A stretch of 45,052 nucleotides of DNA from a virus (IMGVR_UViG_3300025296_000029:1-45052); one strand, 5' to 3'; shown: positions 26,090 through 34,183, counted from the stretch's first letter. Notes: a model not told the origin generated them from the sequence alone. Program-made: numbers and translations.

Positions 26090-26459
26090 ACTTGTTTCCT
26101 CTTATTAGTTTTCCATGACAATTACATTTAAATGGATGTGACAGTTTTTCTTCTGTAACGTTATAATCAATTGTGATTTCCTTACCTTTAGGTATGTTTT
26201 TAATTGGTACTAAAGCTATGTTATCTGTTTCATTGAGTTTAGTTACTTTGGTATTTGGATTGCAACTATGATTTATACATTTTCCAATATTATCTTCAAA
26301 ATGTTTACCTTCAAATTGAATAGAAGTTCTTGTTGGACTTTCTATATAAGTAGGTTTGAATTTATATATAGGAAATATTAGCTCTAAAGAACCAGATATT
26401 TCTTCTGTAGTAAACAATCCTTTTTCACCTTCTTGGTTTACCATTGTGCATAATTTCAT
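26082..26459 (-). CDS. SET-domain protein (putative lysine methyltransferase)
   Basis: KGLFT..EI..G, INHSCNPN, IPKGKEITIDY and post-SET-like FKCNCH. Confidence 0.9.
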   Translation of the reverse strand: MKLCTMVNQEGEKGLFTTEEISGSLELIFPIYKFKPTYIESPTRTSIQFEGKHFEDNIGKCINHSCNPNTKVTKLNETDNIALVPIKNIPKGKEITIDYNVTEEKLSHPFKCNCHGKLIRGNKYG

Positions 26460-26725
26460 TTCTTTTTATTTCTATCACTCATTCGTCTATCTATCTTAGA
26501 TCTTACAGTATACTTATCTTGTATACTCCATTCTTTACCATTGAATCTATTATTATCTTTATCAGCAGTTGTTGGTTCTCCATCAAGAAAAGTTCTACTT
26601 ATATCTCTTATCATCTTTACTTTGTTTTCTGCTGTTATCGAATTATCAGTTGCTATTCCCCAACAATCTTCTAACCCTTGTTTAAATCTCTCATAATATA
26701 GTTGATAATTAATCATTGGACTCAT
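26456..26725 (-). CDS. Hypothetical protein
   Basis: Start reassigned to MSPMIN after the AAGGAG RBS. Confidence 0.6.
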   Translation of the reverse strand: MSPMINYQLYYERFKQGLEDCWGIATDNSITAENKVKMIRDISRTFLDGEPTTADKDNNRFNGKEWSIQDKYTVRSKIDRRMSDRNKKK

Positions 26726-26727
26726 CC

Positions 26728-27027
26728 TTATTTCTCCTTTCCCTCCATTACATTTTCTGCACATTTTTCTATCATTATAAAATACCATTTACCATCAGCT
26801 TTAAACCAAGTGCTATCACAATTCTCTTCTACTTTTTCAGGATAATTTCCTGTTAAAGTCTCTATAGCACTTTCTATGCTTTCTGCTTTTTCTAATCTTT
26901 CCACAAGTTCTTCGTGTGAGAGTTTATCTATACATTCATTGCACATTCTTTCGTCTGTGTCTCCATCTTCATCATTATATTTATGTCCACACTCAATACA
27001 AGTGTATCCTTGGTCGTAACTACTCAT
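26728..27027 (-). CDS. Zinc-finger protein (CxxC...CxxC)
   Basis: CIECG...CNEC; AAGGAG RBS. Confidence 0.7.
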   Translation of the reverse strand: MSSYDQGYTCIECGHKYNDEDGDTDERMCNECIDKLSHEELVERLEKAESIESAIETLTGNYPEKVEENCDSTWFKADGKWYFIMIEKCAENVMEGKEK

Positions 27028-27028
27028 T

Positions 27029-27256
27029 TTATTTCTCCTTTCTTATTTCAAATAAAGTTTCTTCAAGAATTTCATAAACATCTTGATTGATTCCATCAAA
27101 TCCATATCCATCTGTTGCATTAATGACCTTGTTCCATTCTTTATCAGTTACGTTATCATAATTGTTATACAATGTATCAAAATCCCACCACATTACTAAC
27201 AATTCATCTTCAGGGTCATATTCTTTCATATATTCAATTACATCTTTTGCTTTCAT
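27029..27256 (-). CDS. Hypothetical acidic protein
   Basis: AAGGAG RBS; ATGA coupling. Confidence 0.7.
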   Translation of the reverse strand: MKAKDVIEYMKEYDPEDELLVMWWDFDTLYNNYDNVTDKEWNKVINATDGYGFDGINQDVYEILEETLFEIRKEK

Positions 27257-27513
27257 TTTATTTCTCCTTTATTTAAAGCAAATACTTGCTTTGAAATATT
27301 TGTTGTTCCAATCATAATTCCACCATAACTTGCCTTAATCATTTTTCCATTAGATAAATCAGCAATATTATCTATATATCTTGGTGTTACTGTTAATTTA
27401 TTATCTAAAGCATATTCAAGAAATTCTTCTTCATTCATGATTTGAGCATTGTGTTTCACTTTCATTTTTCCTTGTTTAGTAATATCATTTTTATCAAATA
27501 TTGTTATTCTCAT
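27253..27513 (-). CDS. Hypothetical protein
   Basis: Start reassigned to MRITIF after GGAGGAG. Confidence 0.65.
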   Translation of the reverse strand: MRITIFDKNDITKQGKMKVKHNAQIMNEEEFLEYALDNKLTVTPRYIDNIADLSNGKMIKASYGGIMIGTTNISKQVFALNKGEIK

Positions 27514-27514
27514 T

Positions 27515-27715
27515 TTATTTCTCCTCCATTTCTTCCTGTTCTTTGCATTCCCAATACCAGAATTCCATATCACCGAGTCCCGATGTTCCATTTTCTTGGA
27601 GATAATATTTTACACTATCTCTATTAGCCATCTTGTCTGAACCAGAACGATGTCCTTCTATTCCGTATCTCTCTGCATCATTTATTTCGACTGTGTATTC
27701 GACTTTTACTTTCAT
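27515..27715 (-). CDS. Hypothetical protein
   Basis: AGGAG RBS. Confidence 0.65.
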   Translation of the reverse strand: MKVKVEYTVEINDAERYGIEGHRSGSDKMANRDSVKYYLQENGTSGLGDMEFWYWECKEQEEMEEK

Positions 27716-27846
27716 TTTATTTCTCCTGTAAATAATCCCAATAGAACCATAAGAAAACTACCGATTAGAATTATTATTTTTGCTGTTTCTGATCCTACCG
27801 AAGACAAAAGCATTAGCATCCATATTGCTGTTAGTGTATATCTCAT
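27712..27846 (-). CDS. 44-aa two-helix membrane microprotein
   Basis: MRYTLTAIWMLMLLSSVGSETAKIIILIGSFLMVLLGLFTGEIK; AGGAG RBS; ATGA overlaps at both ends. Confidence 0.6.
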   Translation of the reverse strand: MRYTLTAIWMLMLLSSVGSETAKIIILIGSFLMVLLGLFTGEIK

Positions 27847-27974
27847 TTTATTTCTCCTAACATAATTACATATTTTCCAAATAATTTATGGCAAATACTG
27901 CAAATCTGTCCTTTACTTTTCATTTTATTTTTATAACAGTATCTACATTCATATAGTTTTTTTTCCTTTTTCAT
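27843..27974 (-). CDS. 43-aa basic zinc-finger microprotein
   Basis: MKKEKKLYECRYC...ICSICHK...GEIK; AAGGAG RBS. Confidence 0.65.
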   Translation of the reverse strand: MKKEKKLYECRYCYKNKMKSKGQICSICHKLFGKYVIMLGEIK

Positions 27975-28013
27975 TTTTATCTCCTTTAAGTATTTTATTC
28001 TCAATCGTAATTA

Positions 28014-28102
28014 AAGGGGTAATATCTTTTGCCAACCTAAGTTTCAGGTATCTATTCACTGAAAGATAATTAACCTTACCAACCTGGTTTATACTACCCC
28101 TT
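28014..28102 (-). ncRNA. Putative structured RNA element E (related to element A)
   Basis: aaggggtaatat (28014-25) / atactacccctt (28091-102), 12 bp with one G-U on the - strand; internal tttcag/ctgaaa; shares tttgccaacc with A. Confidence 0.55.
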
Positions 28103-28249
28103 ATTCTTCTGTTTATTTATGAATTTGTTATAACTAACATTTGTTATAATAGTATGTTCACCATCATGTATAAATACACCTTCTACTTCATCATTTGATT
28201 TAACGATTGAATAACCTAAGCCCATATCTTCTATCTCCCTTTCAGTCAT
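28094..28249 (-). CDS. 51-aa protein paralogous to the C-terminus of 24752-25015
   Basis: MTEREIEDMGLGYSIVKSNDEVEGVFIHDGE...; GAGG RBS; not in the ORF track. Confidence 0.7.
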   Translation of the reverse strand: MTEREIEDMGLGYSIVKSNDEVEGVFIHDGEHTIITNVSYNKFINKQKNKG

Positions 28250-28363
28250 ATAATGCCTCTATTTGTTGAAATTTGATAGTTTAAATGAACTTTTATCATT
28301 TTATTGATATCATACTTATATTTTAATGGACAGCTCTTTAAATCGAGTATTTTTTAGTGTCTG

Positions 28364-28492
28364 TTATTTTACTAGACTTATTAAATATCCTATTATCATT
28401 CCTATTATTACACCTATTGGAATGCCAGTCTGGAATCCTCTCCAGTACATCTTTTTGGCAAGATAAAAAGCTCTTTGTTTTAGACTATTCAT
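28364..28492 (-). CDS. 42-aa membrane microprotein
   Basis: ...GFQTGIPIGVIIGMIIGYLISLVK glycine-zipper TM; ATGA overlap. Confidence 0.55.
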   Translation of the reverse strand: MNSLKQRAFYLAKKMYWRGFQTGIPIGVIIGMIIGYLISLVK

Positions 28493-28824
28493 TTATTTTT
28501 TGTTAGTTTAGTGTTATATGATGCTTTAGGGTTACAAAAGTAACACTCTGATTTTTCAAGTTTATATTTTGGGAAGTTTGGTAATAGCCTAGAGTTGGCT
28601 ATTTTAGTGTTGCTACAGTATTCTCTTGCCCATACAAGATTACATTTAGGACATAATTTAGGATCAGCTTTTGCTTTTTGAGCATGTATCCTATTCCTAT
28701 TATGATGTGCTGTTACATTTCCTCGCAGACTGCAATAGTACCACCAACCATTTTCAAGTTCTAAATAGTTTTCTATGTTGTCTTCTATTGAATATAGTTT
28801 TTCTTTTTTAGAAGATTTCGTCAT
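28489..28824 (-). CDS. Hypothetical zinc-binding protein
   Basis: CPKC...CYFC. Confidence 0.6.
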   Translation of the reverse strand: MTKSSKKEKLYSIEDNIENYLELENGWWYYCSLRGNVTAHHNRNRIHAQKAKADPKLCPKCNLVWAREYCSNTKIANSRLLPNFPKYKLEKSECYFCNPKASYNTKLTKNK

Positions 28825-29035
28825 AATTTATAGTAACATTGTCATTTTCTTTTATCTCTGTCAAGTCTTCTACATTCTTCAGTACGTAGTCTCTTGATAG
28901 TACTGGATATTCTTTTCTAAATTTGTCAATTGCGTCAGATATGTTGTATGCAGTTAAGCTAACATAATTTACATCGCCATATTTGTTACTTGGAACACTT
29001 AAAATATATTCTCTCATTTTTAATGTCATCATCAT
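28808..29035 (-). CDS. Hypothetical protein
   Basis: AAGGA RBS. Confidence 0.6.
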   Translation of the reverse strand: MMMTLKMREYILSVPSNKYGDVNYVSLTAYNISDAIDKFRKEYPVLSRDYVLKNVEDLTEIKENDNVTINYDEIF

Positions 29036-29037
29036 TA

Positions 29038-29193
29038 TTAGTTATCCTTTATTTCTTGTTTTTGTAACCAGTGTATAGCTACATCGATAGCATCACGATA
29101 TTCAGCCTCATTTTCAAGTCCATCGACGCTGTCTTTTAATGATGTTAAAATAGCTACTGTTTCTTTTATATCACGCTTATCTTGTTCTGTCAT
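29038..29193 (-). CDS. 51-aa hypothetical protein
   Basis: MTEQDKRDIKETVAILTSLK...; AAGGA RBS; fills the gap. Confidence 0.6.
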   Translation of the reverse strand: MTEQDKRDIKETVAILTSLKDSVDGLENEAEYRDAIDVAIHWLQKQEIKDN

Positions 29194-29217
29194 GATATTA
29201 TCCTTTTCTATATAAAC

Positions 29218-29298
29218 ACAGGCTAAAGGTAGTGAACCACCTTAGCCAGTCCAAACACTTTCTACTGAAAGCCACTAGTATCACTTTTAATAGCCTGT
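29218..29298 (-). promoter_or_regulatory. Structured intergenic element with two mutually exclusive stems (terminator/antiterminator-like)
   Basis: Local hairpin at 29221-29247 versus long-range acaggcta (29218-25) / tagcctgt (29291-98). Confidence 0.4.
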
Positions 29299-29314
29299 AT
29301 TTATACATCGTTAA

Positions 29315-29587
29315 CTACTTACTCTCTTTAGTAGTAGTATATTCACTCACAAGCTTGTTAAACTTCTGTTTAAACTCGTCCATTTTTGCTGATGGTTCGG
29401 CATTTGTTCCACCTCTAAAATATAGAGTCGGTGATACCCATTTACCATCTTTTGTTTTCATGAACCTCTTTGTGGCTCGACGAGAGTTGCTTGCTAGACC
29501 TTTTTCTTTAATGCCTTTAGCAGTCTTGTCATTGACAATACCTGCTTTTTGCAGTGATTCAAGGTCATTTGCTGTTAGTATACCCAT
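29315..29587 (-). CDS. Basic hypothetical protein (possible DNA-binding)
   Basis: Lys/Arg-rich; AAGGAG RBS. Confidence 0.65.
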   Translation of the reverse strand: MGILTANDLESLQKAGIVNDKTAKGIKEKGLASNSRRATKRFMKTKDGKWVSPTLYFRGGTNAEPSAKMDEFKQKFNKLVSEYTTTKESK

Positions 29588-29592
29588 ACAGG

Positions 29593-29820
29593 TTACTCCT
29601 TTTTATCTGTGTTAGCTTGTTTTATATAAAATGACACATAGCTAGGGTTAACTGATAAGTCTAATAATTCTTCAGTTTTAAAGCATAACATCGACTTACC
29701 ATTTAATAGCTTTGTACCAACATACTTTATTCTGTTGAACTCACGACCATCGTTAAATCCTACGCTATAAACTTCGTCCTTATCAAAAACTATTTGGTTG
29801 TAACTCCAAGAATCTACCAT
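29593..29820 (-). CDS. Hypothetical protein
   Basis: ORF in operon context. Confidence 0.6.
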   Translation of the reverse strand: MVDSWSYNQIVFDKDEVYSVGFNDGREFNRIKYVGTKLLNGKSMLCFKTEELLDLSVNPSYVSFYIKQANTDKKE

Positions 29821-30173
29821 TCTTCATCTTCCTTTTTCTCACCTTGTTGTTTTATTGCATTTGCTACCTCATCAGCACTTGCAAATTCACTACCTGCATA
29901 ACCTGCACTTGCTAAAGCTCTTCCTATTGCTGATGTTTCACAATTCTCAACATGAGATGTTTTATTTATATAACCTGCATTTTCTCTTTCATATGCATGT
30001 CCTACAAATACTCCTCTGTCAAGTGTTAATGTAGCTTTCATTAAGCATGCACCATTAGTCTCACCTAATACTTCGGTAATTAAATCATACTTACCTTTGT
30101 TTTCAGTTGACATTTCGTGTATCCTTTCAGCTACAGTTTTGTATTCCCTGTCATGTATTAATACTGGACACAT
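29814..30173 (-). CDS. Single-strand annealing protein (Sak/Rad52-like)
   Basis: YKTVAERI...GHAYE...VENCETSAIGRALASAG; adjacent to the exonuclease. Confidence 0.7.
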   Translation of the reverse strand: MCPVLIHDREYKTVAERIHEMSTENKGKYDLITEVLGETNGACLMKATLTLDRGVFVGHAYERENAGYINKTSHVENCETSAIGRALASAGYAGSEFASADEVANAIKQQGEKKEDEEW

Positions 30174-30939
30174 TTACTTTCCCCTTTGTTGATTGTTTTG
30201 TTGTATACGGACTATTACATCTGTAAGAATATTGACAATAGTTACATTCCCATTGTTGCATTGGTGATCCAAATACATCTGGAACTTGTATTTCGTCAGG
30301 ATGGACATTGCTATTTGTCCATTTATTAATAGATTGCCACAGATTCTCCCAATACTTTTCAGCTTTTTCAATCCATATGCTGTTTACTTGTATTGGTTTT
30401 TTCATTGAACTATTATCTTTATTATACCAACAAAGATATAATTCTGTTTTATTAATATCAGTATCTTTATTGTGTACTGCTAATCCATATGTACCTAATT
30501 GTAAGTTATAATTTATGTCAGCGTTTGGGTCTGCCTTAACTCGACGAAACTTCATACGCCATTTATAGCTTGCAACTGTTTTAAAATCATAAACTCTATT
30601 AATATCACCATCTTGCTCAAGTATATCAATATGACCTATAACTTTTAAACTAGGTATTTTAACCCTTTTCTCTGTTGCTATATCGGTTTTATGCGTCTTA
30701 TTATATGCTTTTATAGATTTTTCTATATCAGAATGAACAATAGTCCCTAACCGTAAAAGCCGAGAAACCCTTACATCAGGCTCCTCAGCTTCAACATTTG
30801 ATAGTTTGTAGTATTGTTTTTTAAAGCAGTAACCAGATGATGAAGCACCAAGCCAATCTTTATGACTTTCGTACTTTTGGTTACGCTTCTCTTGTTCAGA
30901 TTCTATAAATTCAGCATATACGCGCTCTAAATCAAGCAC
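30151..30939 (-). CDS. Cas4/AddB-like PD-(D/E)XK exonuclease with Fe-S ligands (GTG start assumed; track start 30966)
   Basis: ASS..YC, GTIVH, GHID, YDFKT, QLGTY and C-terminal CNYCQYSYRC. Confidence 0.85.
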   Translation of the reverse strand: MLDLERVYAEFIESEQEKRNQKYESHKDWLGASSSGYCFKKQYYKLSNVEAEEPDVRVSRLLRLGTIVHSDIEKSIKAYNKTHKTDIATEKRVKIPSLKVIGHIDILEQDGDINRVYDFKTVASYKWRMKFRRVKADPNADINYNLQLGTYGLAVHNKDTDINKTELYLCWYNKDNSSMKKPIQVNSIWIEKAEKYWENLWQSINKWTNSNVHPDEIQVPDVFGSPMQQWECNYCQYSYRCNSPYTTKQSTKGKVNVSSINT

Positions 30940-31169
30940 TAGGCTGATTTGCCTTCTTTGTCCCAAGGACCAGAAGTGTCATCATCTTCAATTCTTTCAG
31001 AAAATTGAATGCTTAAGTATGGATCACCTTTTTTAGTGCGAGATTTCCATAAAGATATTTGAAACTCTTTATCTAGAACATTGACAGTGCCACCAAAGTC
31101 AGGTTGTTTTTCATTTGTCTTTTCTCTGGTGAATGCGGCACCTTTGCCGATTTGATTGTATTTAGCCAT
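30939..31169 (-). CDS. Putative ssDNA-binding protein (DUF736-like)
   Basis: KQPDFGG.V...ISLW...GDPYLSI with an acidic tail; next to recombination genes. Confidence 0.65.
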   Translation of the reverse strand: MAKYNQIGKGAAFTREKTNEKQPDFGGTVNVLDKEFQISLWKSRTKKGDPYLSIQFSERIEDDDTSGPWDKEGKSA

Positions 31170-31236
31170 TGATCTCTCCTTTTAGCTATTGATTATAGTG
31201 TTAGAATTTACGGATTATTTTGATATAGTACATGAT

Positions 31237-31461
31237 TTATATCCCGTATTTATTCTTTTTGTTTTTTAATTCCTCGAAATCTCTTGCAAGCCAATTGAGC
31301 TTTGTGTTAAGATTTATAATCTTTTGTGCAAGATCATCAATCTTGTCCATTATCTTTAACATATCACTTTTCATTGCTTGCATGGTTGCTTGCTCCATTT
31401 CATCCATATCTGCTCGATAATCGTTCATATCATATGGTTTTTCCAGATGAGGTTCACTCAT
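31237..31461 (-). CDS. Coiled-coil hypothetical protein
   Basis: Start reassigned to MSEPH after GGAGG. Confidence 0.6.
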   Translation of the reverse strand: MSEPHLEKPYDMNDYRADMDEMEQATMQAMKSDMLKIMDKIDDLAQKIINLNTKLNWLARDFEELKNKKNKYGI

Positions 31462-31477
31462 AGTTATATCCTCCATT

Positions 31478-32377
31478 TTAAGTGAGTATTCTAGGTGGTA
31501 TGTAATCTCCATGTAGATTATTGTTACGCCAAGCGAGAGCAGCTTTAACAGTATTTTCTTCTATTCTGTTATGCCATCCTACATGATTACCTGGGGGAAC
31601 AGGCACTTCATAATTAGGAACACCTTCAAAATGTATTTCTTCTGTAGAAGGATTTACCATTCTTAAATACGTGCCTTTTCTATATCCTGTTAACTCCCTA
31701 TTATCAGGTATGTCAATTTCAACTAACTCATAGTAATTATTACTTACAGTGTCTCTATCTACAATTTTATGACTTAATGAAGCAATGATTGTATCCATAC
31801 CAAAGTGTGCTATTACTTGTCTTCTATCTGTAACATTATGTAATTTGAACACATCATCCATTTGCATATATCTATTATAATCACCTGATTGATCAGCTTC
31901 ATTTATGCGATTCATAGCTTGTTGATTATGGTAATGACTACGACTAGCAGCATTTCTTTCTTGCCTATTAGTCTCAATCAAGTCGCTATATGCTTTTTGT
32001 GTCTTTTTAGGTATTTTGGTTAATAAAGAACCATGGTATGATACTTTCATGTTATGAAATGGCATTGTTTCTACATTTGAGAACGTAACAATATTTCCGT
32101 TCCTTTCCCATCTCCATTCTATGTTTATCATTAAATCATGTCTTTGTAATTCCTTATAATGCCAAGCGCTTGATCCGTCAGTTATAATAATATGATCATC
32201 ATATAACTTTAATAATGGATCGCTATACGTATGAGCATATGCACTCATGTACATATTTACTTGTTTGCTATTCATTTTTATATATATAACATGTCTGCAA
32301 GTATTTACAGCATATGTATGTGCATAACCTATTTTTTCTTCTATGACTTTATCATAAAAGTATGACAGATTATTCAT
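31478..32377 (-). CDS. DUF6745-like domain protein
   Basis: C-terminal YLRMVNPST...FEGVP...TVKAALAW; start reassigned to MNNLS after AAGGAG. Confidence 0.6.
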   Translation of the reverse strand: MNNLSYFYDKVIEEKIGYAHTYAVNTCRHVIYIKMNSKQVNMYMSAYAHTYSDPLLKLYDDHIIITDGSSAWHYKELQRHDLMINIEWRWERNGNIVTFSNVETMPFHNMKVSYHGSLLTKIPKKTQKAYSDLIETNRQERNAASRSHYHNQQAMNRINEADQSGDYNRYMQMDDVFKLHNVTDRRQVIAHFGMDTIIASLSHKIVDRDTVSNNYYELVEIDIPDNRELTGYRKGTYLRMVNPSTEEIHFEGVPNYEVPVPPGNHVGWHNRIEENTVKAALAWRNNNLHGDYIPPRILT

Positions 32378-32430
32378 TGTATTACTCCTTTTGTTATTAA
32401 TGAACTTAACTCCGATAAATCCTGTATAGG

Positions 32431-32787
32431 TCAATCAACAACTCTTCTTTCCCTTTGAGCTATGTGATCCATTTCTCTTACAAATGTAACTTGATATATA
32501 CCTTTAGGTACATTAATCGGATTATGCTCTTCATGATATAAAGTTGCAGCTCCACCTGTAATTTGCACCATTGAAGGAAATTGATCCCATTGTTTTCCCC
32601 ATGCTTGAACTTGCACATCAGGTCCGAACTTTGCGCACTCAAACCTATGATGATGCCCTGTCCCTTCTCCTTCTGCAACTACTATTTTACTGTCACATTC
32701 TACTTTATTATAGCCGTAACTTGGAACGTTATCTACTTCAGTTAAAATAACATCACCTTGTTGGTATATGACTTGTGTTTCTTCCAT
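32431..32787 (-). CDS. His-rich conserved protein that usually accompanies DUF6745 genes
   Basis: QQGDV...AEGEGTGHHH...LYHEEH..I.VP.G.Y.V...RE...R.V.D. Confidence 0.7.
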   Translation of the reverse strand: MEETQVIYQQGDVILTEVDNVPSYGYNKVECDSKIVVAEGEGTGHHHRFECAKFGPDVQVQAWGKQWDQFPSMVQITGGAATLYHEEHNPINVPKGIYQVTFVREMDHIAQRERRVVD

Positions 32788-32816
32788 TTTTATATTCCTT
32801 TTTGTTTATTAATGAT

Positions 32817-32899
32817 GGGTGACAGGATTTCCTGACCGAGATAAGATATGAGAATAAGCAGGAAAGTGGAGTCGGGCCAATAATAACCCCCTGCCACCC
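32817..32899 (-). ncRNA. Putative structured RNA element F
   Basis: gggtgacagg (32817-26) / cctgccaccc (32890-99), G-U on the - strand; internal tttcctg/caggaaa. Confidence 0.55.
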
Positions 32900-32918
32900 G
32901 AACTTTTACTGTAAATTA

Positions 32919-33037
32919 TTGATTGAGCTGTTACATTGCTCGAGCAAGTGGTCATTATTTAAAGAGGTTTTTCAACCCCACAGCTTATCATTCTATGGTT
33001 TTGATAGAATTGCTCTGTATCTATTTCACTCAATCAA
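32919..33037 (-). ncRNA. Putative structured RNA element G
   Basis: Perfect ttgattgag (32919-27) / ctcaatcaa (33029-37); internal ttgctcgagcaa and attctat/atagaat. Confidence 0.5.
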
Positions 33038-33044
33038 CTATTCT

Positions 33045-33773
33045 TTACCAAATTTGGAATCCACCGCTCTTGTCACAGAATTTTGCGAACTCCCTTATGT
33101 ATTCTGCTTCTATCTTGTACTTAGCTTCAAATGGCTTTAATTTGCCAACTCCTTTACAGGCATTGCAACCTTTCATTTCATTAGCCCACTTGAAGGTTAT
33201 TTCACCTGTTCCAAGACCTTTTATTCCTTTTTTAGCAGCTCTATCAAGTATTTTGTAAAGCTCTTCTTTAGCCTTGTTTTCAGTTGATAGCGATGAATGT
33301 GTTTTTAGCCATTCTTCTTCACTTTGCCATCCTTCCCATCCTTTTCTAGTACCTGTGCCATTACATATTTCACAGTTTTCCATTACCATTCTTTCTATTT
33401 CTATATCCTGGATAACTTCAGCTTCATCCATTACACCTATTTTATCTAGATGATTAAGCCTTTGAGCTATCTTTCTAGCAACATTAGCTGGGATAGTGAA
33501 TCCGTCATTGTGATGACACGTTGAATACATCTCGTCTACTGTGTTCACTTCATCAAAGTCACCGATGTGCTTATCAAATATGTCCTGACAGTGGTTATGA
33601 ACAAAATCCCACAATGGATGCCACCCCCAGACATTCATTCTGAAATATGCTCCTGGTGTATTATTTTGCCATGTAAAATACGCTTTGATTGTCTTATCAT
33701 CTTCTAATGACCAATCAGGCGTATCAGGTTTAGGCTCATTGTTAGGTTTTAAACCATATACGTCGAATCCCAT
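33045..33773 (-). CDS. Hypothetical protein with DnaJ-type zinc finger
   Basis: CEICNGTG...CNACKGVG; MGFD start and GGFQIW end. Confidence 0.7.
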   Translation of the reverse strand: MGFDVYGLKPNNEPKPDTPDWSLEDDKTIKAYFTWQNNTPGAYFRMNVWGWHPLWDFVHNHCQDIFDKHIGDFDEVNTVDEMYSTCHHNDGFTIPANVARKIAQRLNHLDKIGVMDEAEVIQDIEIERMVMENCEICNGTGTRKGWEGWQSEEEWLKTHSSLSTENKAKEELYKILDRAAKKGIKGLGTGEITFKWANEMKGCNACKGVGKLKPFEAKYKIEAEYIREFAKFCDKSGGFQIW

Positions 33774-34018
33774 TATTTGTTCTCCTTTTCACGTTTTTTC
33801 ATTACTTTTTTAGTTTCTTTCCATGCGTCATCTAACTTGTCTACATACTTTTTTTTCAACTCCATGTAATGAAGTATTATTCCAAAATATGTATCATTAT
33901 CCAATCCTGCAGCTTTCTTAGCCATTGGATCAAACATGTTCCATCTCCCATATCTTCTAACGCCTTCAAATGCAAGAAACTGATCTTCAGTAATATCTTT
34001 TACACTAGCTTCAGCCAT
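33773..34018 (-). CDS. Hypothetical protein (VR..G.WNMF motif)
   Basis: AAGGAG RBS. Confidence 0.7.
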   Translation of the reverse strand: MAEASVKDITEDQFLAFEGVRRYGRWNMFDPMAKKAAGLDNDTYFGIILHYMELKKKYVDKLDDAWKETKKVMKKREKENK

Positions 34019-34179
34019 TATTTACTCCTTCCGTGCAATATGTGCCACAGTCTCCTAACGTCATCTTTTGTCATTTCACTTATCATACGTTGATATTGCT
34101 TACCAAAATATTTAGATATTTCATGCAACATCAACATATGATCTTTATCATTCGTTTTAATGCTGATACCATCTATCAT
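34018..34179 (-). CDS. 53-aa hypothetical protein
   Basis: MIDGISIKTNDKDH...; fills the gap, TAATG coupling. Confidence 0.5.
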   Translation of the reverse strand: MIDGISIKTNDKDHMLMLHEISKYFGKQYQRMISEMTKDDVRRLWHILHGRSK

Positions 34180-34183
34180 GTTA

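Noticed and set aside
30151-30939. Cas4 as part of a CRISPR-Cas system
   Set aside because: No cas1/cas2 or array; the context is a phage exonuclease-annealase module.
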